A stretch of 64,000 nucleotides of DNA from Chlorokybus atmophyticus (taxonomy: Eukaryota > Plantae > Mesostigma and Chlorokybus algae): NCBI GenBank assembly GCA_009103225.1, contig RHPI01000560.1, positions 599,379 to 663,378 of the forward strand, read 5' to 3'. Positions 34,650 through 45,508 of this stretch are shown here, piece by piece. The stretch's first letter is position 1, and each line of letters starts with the position of its first letter. The translations under genes and the position numbers were made by a program. A model generated the notes under the pieces. It searched no databases and was not told where the DNA came from. It saw only the letters and a program-made list of their open reading frames with translations.

Positions 34650-37600
34650 TGTCATGCCGATTGCTCGCGCATACCAGCCTTCATCGAGTACTAGTACGAG
34701 GGTGACCTCAGCAGCTGGGGCCTAACCTACAATCTCACCTACGAGCGGACCAGTAACGGGAGCAACGATCGTAGCAGCAGAGGCTCGCGTTCTGTATCCG
34801 GCTTCACTCCGTTCCTGTCTGCTCCTCGGTTTCGAGCTTCTCCACTCTCGTCCGACAGTGACGACTACCAGATGGAGTCTTTTAGCTCAACCACGTCCCT
34901 GCACTTTTTCGAACGTGCTAGCACTACCTCGCTGGACGAATTCATCATCAAGTTCCATTTAAAAATGCGGCAGCAGGCTCTGAAGAACAAAGACTGGTTA
35001 GATGAGAGTTTCTTTTCACATTGCTGCTCAGTATATGGACCATGAAGCACATGATGTCTGAAAGTCTGTTGCTGAACTAAATCGAGTTGATGGCTATCGC
35101 AAGCTCGCCAGCACCATATCATGTGCGTCACTGCACAGTTCAGCAGCCGTCTTTCCACCTGCTACTCCCGCTGCAGTCACCGTTTTGTCCATAGCGGCAG
35201 CCATTGACAGGGCAGAGGAGGAGGAATTGAGTTGGTGATCGTCAACCTGACCCCTGCAGAGATGGAGATCAAGATGGCCGCACGACGGGCCCGGACCCTG
35301 GAGCGTTCTGCTGCTATCCTTGCAGATTAACGAACGGTAGCCGTTGAGGTGGGCACACCCCTACCATTAGCAACACCTAGCTCTCGTGCGGGAGGCAGTG
35401 CTTTCACCCTCGGGCCAGTTGCACTGCGCGCACTAGCCATCACTGTAGGTGCTGCCATTTCTGACTCTCCCCTCAAGGACCTATACGCTGCATTTCGCCG
35501 CACCTTCCCACCGCAGACCACTAGTCAAGTGGAGGACTTGAGGCGGTTCCGACGCAAGCCCAACGAGGACCCTTTACGCTTGTACTCCAGACTGAAAGGG
35601 CTGTTAAAGAACACTGACTACAAAATCGTTTGGTAGAAGGCTGCTGCAGTAGTATATGTCAACATGTTGGATGCCACCCTAAGCGAGTCGACGTGCCTGA
35701 CCCTGAATTACAGCAGGCCCCTTGCCTACACGCTCAAGGAAGCTTTTGAGACTGCACAAGCCATCTATAAGCGCTTGGTGTATGAGAAGGCAGTGCCGGA
35801 CACCAACCGCAGTGCCTCACGGCCTGTAGCCAGCTCAACTACCGAGCCTCCTTGCCGCGAACATGGCCGGGACGCTCCACCGGCACGCGACAAAGGGAAA
35901 CGGTCAGTGCATACTGCTTTGTCTGCCCCTGTGCTGTGTCATCGCTGTGGACGGCATGGACACTAACAAAAGGAGTGCACCGAAGAGTACTCAACCCTAA
36001 TCTGCGACTACTGTCACAAGACAGGCCATTTGGAGTCAGTCAGTCTGCTGGCTCAAGTTCCCTGAGTTGAGACCGGCCAACAGCTACAACGGCAACAACT
36101 CGGGTGGCTACAACAGCAACCATACCGAAGGCCATAACCACCACAACAACAACGCCAACGCTTGCGGGGAAGAGCAAGGCTACATGGGGAAGAATCGTCC
36201 TCCTCAGCGCAAGGGACTGGAAGGACGTCCGCGCGCTGCTGCTGTTGCCGTCAAGGCTTAAGTCAACCCGCCAGCTGATGACCATATTGCTGCCCTCATG
36301 GCGCGTATGGCACGCTTGGAGGAAGACAAGGAGAAGGACTACCGCGCCTGCTACTCTGCCCGGTGGGCACCAATGGCTCCAAAGCGGACGAGAGACACCA
36401 GCATCCCGTTACGCGTTCAACCATCCGGACGAGTATGAGGGGAAGCGGCAACATCGTCAGCAGCTACCTTCTCTAAAGCCACCAGCGGTGCTGCACCGGT
36501 AGCAACAGCTACACCGGCTACGACGTCGACGCCGTCAATGTCAGCAGCAACTACTTCAGTACCAGAAGTTGGTACATCAGTGAGCACCGTGACGCCAACA
36601 CTCGTGAGCACGCTGGCGACAGCCACTACTGTCACCGACCTTGCAGCAGTAGGTCGCACCGGTCTCGCTCCGACTGCAGGACCACCTGTGTCAGCGAGCG
36701 TTGAGACCACTCTCTCACCACTGAGCGGCACTCTTGCAACCATTGATAGTGCCATTATCGAGCCCGCTGCCACTGCAGCGACGCGCGCAGCTACATGGCC
36801 CGTCGACATCGCTCAGGCTGTTCTGCGCGGCCAGCAAGCTGAGCGCGTATGGGAGACCATCATGGTAAAGCAGATCCCACAATCATTGCTTTTGGACGCG
36901 GAGGAGAGCGCACAACGCGCGTTGAACATAATGATTGCGTCTTCTCACTGCCTCAATATCACACAATGCCACAACAGACTCAACGGCAACTGGAGGATGA
37001 AATCCTCGCCAGCACGGCGCCTCCCATGCGAGACCGCAACTTTGTGGTCAGAACACCTGTGGTACTGGAGTTGGCACTACAGCTGTTTCGGACTCTGCAT
37101 AACAACATGCAAACTGCGCCACGCCAGCCCGCACCAGCCCGTCATGAACTTTTCGAGCCAAGCTCGCTGGACACGTATTGGGATCAGCAACCCAACGTAC
37201 AGATCGCACATCGCTGATACAGCCGACATGCCTTTTTGTGACAACGAAGCACTGAGACCTCTCAATACCGTTCGGCTTCACGAGCGTTACACCGCTCTGG
37301 AACAGGCGTTCACCTGGCGGCATGACCAAACGGCAGCAATCAATGCATAAGCGCAAGCCCTTGCCACTGCTCGTGATTCGGTTATTCAACCATAGTCGCT
37401 GGCCCATCATCCAGCACAACACCTCTCGTCGGTGAGCCCGACATTGACAAGTGGAGGGCGCTGGCCCAACAAACCAGGGGGATGATCGCCCCGCTGCTAC
37501 CCGTCTTGTTGGAAGACTTGCCTGACAATCAACAGGACCCAGGGAGAGGCTACCTCACACCACAAGGGTGTACACAACGGGATGGAGCAAGCTCAATTGG

Positions 37601-39385
37601 AGAACAGCAACTTCGCACTGCCCTATCGTGACAAGCAATCATGCTACATCGACATGAAGGCATCGGCCTGAGACGGATGTTGGGGATACGAGAAGGTGGC
37701 AGTGCAGCTCGAGCAAGACTAGTGGCTTGGCTAGTTACCAATCACCCCGCAGTCTCTCTATTCGCATTCGGCACCAGAATGTTATAGTTGGACGCCTTTC
37801 ATCGCTTGCTACGGCAAGCATGTGACGAGGTTGCCCCGGAAGCCATTGACACCTTGCAAGGAGCTCAAGAGGTCATACTCAGGTTGCCAAGGGTAGAAGC
37901 AACGCAATAATGCAGACGCATCGCAGCTGCTTATGAGCAGCATGTCCAACAGCCAGAGATTTCCCTTGCTGTGTGGGCACGAGCAACAACCGTGCTAGAA
38001 GTGGGAGTGGTCAATGACAGACGGGATGCCTACATGGCAGGGATCATAAGAGTTCCCACCATTACCCACGGCATAAGAGTGCGGCTCCTGCGCACAGTGT
38101 ATCTCTAGCCCATGCCTTAAAGTCACCACTGGAGTGACGTGGTCAACAATCCAACAGCCACGTGGAAAGGTACACTGGTCAGGGAGGCAGCTCATGCTGT
38201 ACGCTAGACTTATGTGGAAGAACAGGCTGCACGGGAGGCGGGCCTACAAACACCCGGTCCTCCAGGGTTTCCCCAACAGCGACTGGCTACGCCACCAGGT
38301 ATGGGGACCCCAGCCACACAGAGGCGCAATCCCCCTGCGCAACAACCAGGACAACCATAAGCAGCACCGCCATTCCCTTGGCCACAACGTGTATGCCAAC
38401 AGCCAAGACAAGGACGGTTCGGGCCAGGCCGCGATAAAGAGGTTCTCAAGACCCAGCTGGTCGAGGGGCGCTTGCCGCACTCCGCTCGACACCACCGGAG
38501 GAGACTGCAGCAGCTGTCACCCCACGCACATGCTACCGACGATTCAAGCGGCTGCGCATTCACGCCAACGCAGCCATGATTGCCAACAAAGGCAAGCATG
38601 TCACTATACATAGACGAGCACCCAAGCGCGTTATGCTGGACTTTGGAGCCCAGCCTGTTATCGTCGAACGGTACCTCGGACGCGACCTTGGCATCACCAG
38701 CGCTAAGCTGGTGCCTTGCCCATACGTGCTCGACACAGCAACCGGCAGCCGTGACAAGTTGATTGGCATCACCAAGCAGGTCCTCTGCATTTGCTTGACA
38801 GGGGTGGACCCCTCCCACATCACCGAGGTCATACAAAAGTGTGCGGTCACCAATGCAGGATCCTTCGACCTGTTGCTGGGACAGGACTTTAACTTCCCTG
38901 TTGGTATGGGGCTGGACTGCTGGACCGAGCAGGCATGGTTTCGTCCCCATTGGGATGAGGACAATGGAGAGGTTCAAGAATATCCGCCTCTCGAGCTGGT
39001 GGCTCGCACTCGCTCTCACCGAAGGTCAGTTGCAACAGCCATCTACAAGTCGATGTCGATAACGACTGACAGGTCAGCTGCAACAGCTACCTACAGTTCG
39101 GTTTTAACAACCACTAACAGATCAGCTACGGTAGTCACCCACAACTCTAACCAAAACTATCCTATCCCATACGACGAGTCACAGAAGGATGCCACTAAAG
39201 AAGTGGCCCACCAGAAACTAGCGAAAAAAAGTAGTAGATGTGCACAGGTGGTCGCACATCTACTACTGACCAAATCACGGCTCACGTCACGGTTCCCTCT
39301 CTACAAGGGCCAAGCTGCGGTCCAGGAGCAACACCAGGTGGCCACTGGAGTAGTGGCGTTTCACGTATTCCATCGACAACAAGGC

Positions 39386-40320
39386 ATCACTGTGTTGGAA
39401 CTATTTGGAGGTATAGGTAGTGGCCTCGCCGCTATCCTCATCACCGGCGCGACGGCCACCAAGTACTTCTACTGTCACCCTGATCCACACGCACAGATTG
39501 CCCTGAGCCACCACCTGCGCCACCCACACAAATGCTACCCGCAGCTGCTGCCGATATTGGCACTGCAAGGCAGTTTAAAGACACTGCCACACGACATCCG
39601 TTTAATCACTTCGGATCACCTCATAGCGGTGGGCAACATCGACTTGCTGATAGCAGGATGGGAGTGTCAAGGACACTCAAGAGCAGGTAGAGGCCAAGGA
39701 CTTATTGATCCTCGCTCGCGACTGTTCTGAGAACCAATGCACGTCATCAAAATCCTGCAAAGCAACCACCTGTTCAGGCCTTCGAGATACATCATTGAGA
39801 GTGTGCACTCCGAGGATGATAAGCGCCATCACGTGGCTAACAGCTTTCGACAGGTGTGTTTTTACTGGGACATCCTCTAAAAATCAACGCAGCGCGTCAT
39901 AGCTCTCGTGCTCATAGCGTCCGCGCAAAGAGGACCAACCTGGCTATAGTCAAGGATCTCTTGCTGCTGAATATCTGCACAGCAGTCGTCCACACGATCT
40001 TACCGTCAACGCTGTCCTGGACCTTGTGCGCACAGCACAACCGGTTACGCGACACACGATCACCAGCACTCCTACCAATGCAACCAGCCTGGTCAACCAC
40101 GTCGTGCACTCCCCACTCTGGTGTCTTACCCAGGACCATACGCCTGCCGCAACCAAGGCGAAGAAATGCTGTTGGACTCCAAAACAGGCCGACTGGGGGA
40201 ACTCAACGCACGTGAGCGCGAACGCGCCATGTGATTCTCTCCAAGCAGTATCACAGGTTCCACGCTGACCGACAATCAGCAATGTCAGTTGTTGGAACGC
40301 GCAATGGACCAGCATGGTGT
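39386..40320 (+). pseudogene. C5-cytosine DNA methyltransferase domain embedded in Gypsy pol
   Basis: Motif I 'ITVLELFGGIGSG'; motif IV 'IDLLIAGWECQGHSRAG'; motif VI 'YIIESV'; motif VIII 'SSRAHSVRAKRTNL'; motifs IX/X 'LNARERERAM*F' and 'QLLERAMD'. Confidence 0.9.
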
Positions 40321-40399
40321 GATTATTGGAGATATGCTTTGCTCTCCAGGACCGCCATGTGTTCTTCCAAGAGCTCGAACACCTTGGGGGGGGGGGGGN

Positions 40400-40599
40400 G
40401 CAACAGCTTGAGGAAGCTGTCTTTACAAGCTGTCTTTTCTTGTACTCAACAGTGCGTACACGAATGGAAGCTTTTCCGAGCAAGCAGCTGTCGAGGCCAA
40501 GTGGGCACACCTTGGCACGTTGGGTCCAGTCATCCAGCTAGAGCAGGGAGATGTTGTCGCAGTCACAGTAAAGAACTCCGCTCGCTTCCCGTTCAACTT
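40400..40599 (+). repeat. 200-bp copy, apparently identical, of the ferroxidase intron/exon segment 46343-46542
   Basis: Identical by eye; directly follows a poly-G run and a single N at 40399. Confidence 0.9.
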
Positions 40600-43500
40600 G
40601 CAAATTGCTTGCGAGAGACTAAAGCGGCACACACCACCCTCGAAATTAGCCATATGGAGGAGCAGGCAGCAGTCACTGTGGAGGACACTTCAGTGGTCGC
40701 CAATGCTACCTGTTGGTCCCATGCCATTGGACCACTGACTACAGGCCAGACGCGTGAACAACTTGAGGCTGTCCTCAACAAGTGGAGGAGTCAGTTCAGC
40801 TTCAGTGTGAAGGAACTGGGCATCTGCTCAGTTTATTAGATGGACATTGATTGGTTGGTGGACACCGAACCGGTGTTCCGACGATAATACCGACTCTTCA
40901 AGTCGGAAGAAGACTTGGTAGAGTAGAGGTGCAAGGCTCTGCTAGATGTCGGCCTGATTAAGGAGTCCACATCGGGCTTTGCGGCCGCCACCATCTTGCC
41001 CATAAAGAAGGATTCAGCAGGCAACTGGACAGACCGGCGTATGTGCGGCGACTACAGCCCCCTCAACAACAAGACCAAGCAAGACAGGTATGCAGTGTCT
41101 ATTGCAGAAGGTATCTTTGATGATGTAGGAGACTGTTCCGTCTTCAGCATCCTGGACATGCGCCAAGGGTACAACCAGATCGCCATCAAAGAGGTGGACA
41201 AGCACGAGACCTCTTTCAGGGGCAACCGGCAGCTACCTATGGAAGGTCATACCTTCGGACTGAAGAATGCTCTTGCCAAGTTCCAGCGCGTTATGGACAA
41301 AGCCTTGAAGGGGCTGGACTTCGCGCGATGCTACATTGACGTCATTCTCATCTTCAGCCGCAGCAACGAAGAGCATCTACAGCACATCGAGAAGGTGCTG
41401 GAGAGAATCCAGGGGGTGGGGATGACTGTGCACCCCGACAAGTGCACCTTCTTCACTCGTAAGGTACCCTACCTAGGGCACATGATTGTGCCCCACGGTG
41501 TGCACGTACAGCAGGTAAAGGTGGAGGCCCTGGCAGCTATCCCTGCTCAAACGGACCTTACGTGCCTGCGCGCCTTCCTGGGCCTTGCCAACTACTATTG
41601 CCTGTTTGTGAAGAACTTTGCAAAGATCGCGCGGCCCCTCGACGAGCTCCTGAAGAAGGAAGCGGAGTTTGCGTGGAAGGAGCCACAGCAGGCGTTTGAG
41701 GAGCTAAAGGGCAGGCTCACCACAGCTCCCATCCTTCAACGCCCTGACTACACCAAGCCCTTCATCCTCCACACAGACTGGAGCAAGCTCGGGATGGGGG
41801 ATGTGCTGGTGCAGCACGATGAGTACAAGAAGAAGCGGGTGGTGTCATACCCTAGCCGAAGCAACAACAACGCCGAGGCCAATTACAGCAGCTACGAGGG
41901 GGAGTGCCTCGCTGCAGTGTGGGCTATTTCCTTCTTCAAAACTTTCTTCGATTTCCTCTTCGGTCAAAAATTTCAGCTGACCACCGGTCATCAGCCACTC
42001 AAGTGGTTGATGACCAACCAACATCTGACAGGGAAACTTGCTTGCTGGGCCCTGTTGTTGCAGGAGTATGACTTTGAGATCGATTACCGCGCCGGCCTCA
42101 CCAAGCAAGACGCCGATGGCCTCAGTCGTAACCCTCACCTTAGCACCAACGATGCAACCGGTGCTCGGCATGAGCTCGGCATAGCAGCAGCAGCTTCCAC
42201 CGTGGCAGCCATGTTTGCTGTTGCCGCATTACGCTCAGAGCGCCAGATCAACACCACTGCCGCATCAACGACGGTGGAGATTCCTGCCCTTGTGTTTACC
42301 GGCCCCATTGTGACCGCATGTCTAGGGGATGCCGACGCGGTCGACATTGAAGGCGACGACACCGAGCTGGCTCCCACCGCCACCAGGCAGGACACATGGC
42401 TGAACAAGCCATCACTCTCCTTCCTTCAAAGTGGCCAGCTTCCCTCCGGTATGAGTGCACAAGAGAGTGATCATGTCAACCAGCGCACCCGCGACTATCG
42501 GTGGGCGGATGACAAGTTGTATTGCCGTGTCCGTAATGACAAGGAGGTGGCGACACTAGCCACACGCGAGGGCATCATCACTGCCCTTTACACTGAGCTT
42601 GGACACTTCGGTGTGAAGCGTACAATCAGCCTGGTAAGGGCGCAATATTAGTGGTATGGGCTGTCCAAACAGGTGCAGGGGTTCGTCAGTCACTGCCAAC
42701 AGTGTGACATGATACGTGCCAGCCTCAACACACACAGCGTCACCTTGCACCCTCTCCCCCATCTTCGGTCTTTTTTTATCGCTGGGGACTCGACAGCTTG
42801 GGAGACTTGGCACCCTCGGCACGTGGCAACCGTTACATCCTGGTTATGATCGAGCACTTCTCTCCAAATGGGTGGAGCTGGTGCCATTACCCGACAAAAG
42901 CAGCAGGGTGGTGTCTCAAGCCTTCCTCTCCCATGTCCTGAGCCGGTTCGGCAGCTGCGATGAGGCCATCACCGACCAAGGCACAGTTTAGAGGGGAATT
43001 CGACACCCTGTTGGACAGATGCTACATCAATCATCGCCGCACTTCGCGTAACCACCCCCAACCCGACGGTCTCGCCGAGCGTACAGTGCGGACCATCAAG
43101 AAGGCACTCCGCAAGTACGTGCTGGAGTATGAGAAGAACACCTGGGACGACCATCTTCCGTGGGTGGCCCTTGGATACGGATTGTTAAACAAGCAGGCTC
43201 TGTGCGAGTACAGCCCATACTACCTGCTGTTCGGGCGTCCGCCATTGCTTCCCTTTTGTGAACAGCAGGAAGTAGATTGTGTGGTGAACAACCTCGACGA
43301 TCCCGACCGGATGCACCACGACATTACCACACGCGCCGCGCTGTTCGAGCACACCGTCCCTATGACCTTCAACAACCTACGCATCGCACAGCACCGCAAC
43401 ACCTTGCGCTACGAGCGCGTGCGGAGCGGCTTCCACAAAGAGCGCCAACGGCGGTTTCGAGTAGGGGACTTTGCCTTCCGTATGGCAGCCTTCACGGACA

Positions 43501-43687
43501 CGCTCGACACCTCCGTGGGCCGCACCATTCACAAGGTACTCAAGGTGTACCCCACAGGAGTGCTGGACCTCCTCGGCCAAAACGAGCGAGGTTGAAAGAC
43601 AACATGGTGAACTGCGCGCCATGTCACCGTCCTTACATAGCTGGCTTTGCGCGCATCCAGCACCCTCGCTCTGCCCGCAGCACACGC

Positions 43688-43837
43688 TGTGAACGCTGCG
43701 GCAGCGCCGATGACGACGCACTCATGATGCTCTGCAATGGCTGTAACAAGGGCCTACATTGCTACTGTCTGGAGCCCCCATTGGACGCAATACTCATGGA
43801 GGAGTACTGGTGCGACAATTGTATTGAGATGCGTTAA
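43688..43837 (+). CDS. PHD finger at the C-terminus of the Gypsy integrase
   Basis: CERCGSADDDALMMLCNGCNKGLHCYCLEPPLDAILMEEYWCDNC (C4HC3). Confidence 0.9.
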   Translation, partial: CERCGSADDDALMMLCNGCNKGLHCYCLEPPLDAILMEEYWCDNCIEMR

Positions 43838-44776
43838 CAAACCTACACATGCACATGTGTGCACGCCACCCAACACCAACGCCAAGAGGCTGCAACAACA
43901 AGACTAAGACCATCTATTGCCATCATGTCCGCGGGTTTTATACCCGCCAAGAATACACCTGTCTACTCTAGAAGCTACCACGTTCGCTACACTTATTCGA
44001 ATGCTGCGTTCAAAAAAGCATGTTGTAGCTACGTTTAGAGGCTATCTGCTGAGCTCTAGATTGCCCAAATCCATACAGTAACCACCGCGTTATAACGATT
44101 CTCGTGCAGGCCTGAAAGTCGCCAGACTCCGGACTCGAGTCCGCGCCTAGAACCTTCACGTGCCTGGAACTTTCGACTTGAGTCCTCGTCTGGAGCCTTC
44201 TCGCGACCATTCCTATTCAGAGGGCAAGCTGACCGCCCGCCTGGATGTAGGAATATCTTTAACACTCCCACGCGAGCAGCTTGGCCCTCAACTTTTCTCC
44301 CCTTTATACTCATGCACCAATAGCTCTCATGCTAGCCTTGCCTCTCTTCTTTCGTACGATTGCGACGAAGCCTTTGACCTTCTCTTCCTCCAGCTCCTCC
44401 ATGCTTCCCGTGAGCGCCTGGAACCGATTCTCTTTTAAAGATGTGTCCTCCACAGCAACTTGAGCCTTCGAGACGTCCTCTTGCATCTTGCTCCCATGCT
44501 GCACTTGCTCCTTGTCGCCCTGCGCCTGCTGCACCTGTCCTCCTGAGACAGCAACTCTAGCTCTGGTGGTAGCCCTTGGCTCTTCCTTGACCACCTTGCT
44601 CTCCACCACTTGCTTGTAACTCTTTGCAGCTCCCACGGGCTCCGAGCTTGTCCTTCTGCTTTATAGCAACCTTCAGTGCCTCCTTGTTGCACAAACCTTG
44701 TGGTGTCTTGAACTCTTTCTCAACCACCCTTGTCTTTGCGACAACCTTGTGTGCGATGTTTTCCGTCTTCAACATA
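43832..44776 (-). mobile_element. Copia-type fragment: internal remnant, PPT and ~433-bp LTR (44264-43832), related to the 20.8-kb copia
   Basis: Minus strand AAGCTGCTCGCGTGGGAG|TGTTAAAG matches AAGCTGCCTGCGTGGGAG|TGTTGA of the copia; shared LTR blocks (GAGTCTGGCGAC, TTCTAGAGTAGA). Confidence 0.75.
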
Positions 44777-45352
44777 GTGCAACTTGAGCAACTGCTGGAA
44801 GCACGAAATGACCTCAAAATGAGACTGGTTTATAGTATGCCTATCACTGATTTAAAAAGGCCAAATGGCTATCACATGCATAAAAGCAATAAAGTTAACT
44901 AAAAAACGTGGCTATAAAAGTAAATGCAACCTAATGCATAAAGGAAAAAAGTCCATATACTTCCCCGTTAACTGGTGTGCTAGGGGGTGAAAAACCCAGC
45001 GCCTAGCGCCAGGGGGTAAGTCTCCAACGCTTCCAGTGGGGCGAGGCTTGATATACAGGATTTGAGGGACCTACACAGGCAAATATCTACAGTGTGGGGC
45101 CATTAACTCGGTTAGTCCACTAGTTAGGCACTCACGTGTCCTGGGGCAGAGCTTGTGCGGCTCGCACAAGGCTTCCACGTAAGCAGCGAAGTTGTCGCGA
45201 CCATGATGATGAAGGCTACGCGTTTTAGGCCGAGGCGTGTGGGAGCCATGCCGAGTGCCTGTGCATTTCAGTCGAGGGCGCGGGGCCTGCCTGTGGCGGC
45301 GCACGCCGAGACCGTCCCCACGAACGTTACCCTCAGCCAGAGACTGGTGACA
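44777..45352. repeat. Gypsy-type LTR lacking its first ~28 bp; candidate 3' LTR of the DNMT-carrying element
   Basis: Ends GGTGACA at 45352 (inverse of the TGTCAC start of the 9106 copy); homologous to 9133-9503. Confidence 0.55.
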
Positions 45353-45508
45353 ATGTCATAACGCTAGGGGAGAGTAACAACTATTGTAACGTGACGAGGG
45401 ACTGGCTTAGTAGGCTACAGTGTTAAAGGCTCAGCTAGCACCCAGATAGTTTACTGTGCGTTTGGCGGCGGCAGTAGTGAAGGCGGAGGCGGAGGCAGCG
45501 ACGCCGCC

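Larger units (their letters stand above)
34700..43837 (+). mobile_element. Decayed Ty3/gypsy retrotransposon: Gag (two CCHC), protease, C5-DNA methyltransferase, RT, RNase H, integrase, PHD; 5' LTR not found
   Basis: 'LRRFRRKPNEDPLRLYSRL', CHRCGRHGH*QKEC, CDYCHKTGH; 'VMLDFGAQP' protease; DNMT motifs; 'RRMCGDYSPLN', 'CYIDVI'; 'HTDWSKLGMG'; 'SKWVELVPL', 'ITDQG', 'HPQPDGLAER'; many stops and frameshifts. Confidence 0.9.

Noticed and set aside
36417-37350. Separate Ala/Thr-rich gene
   Set aside because: It lies between Gag and protease of the decayed Gypsy; best read as a low-complexity linker of the element
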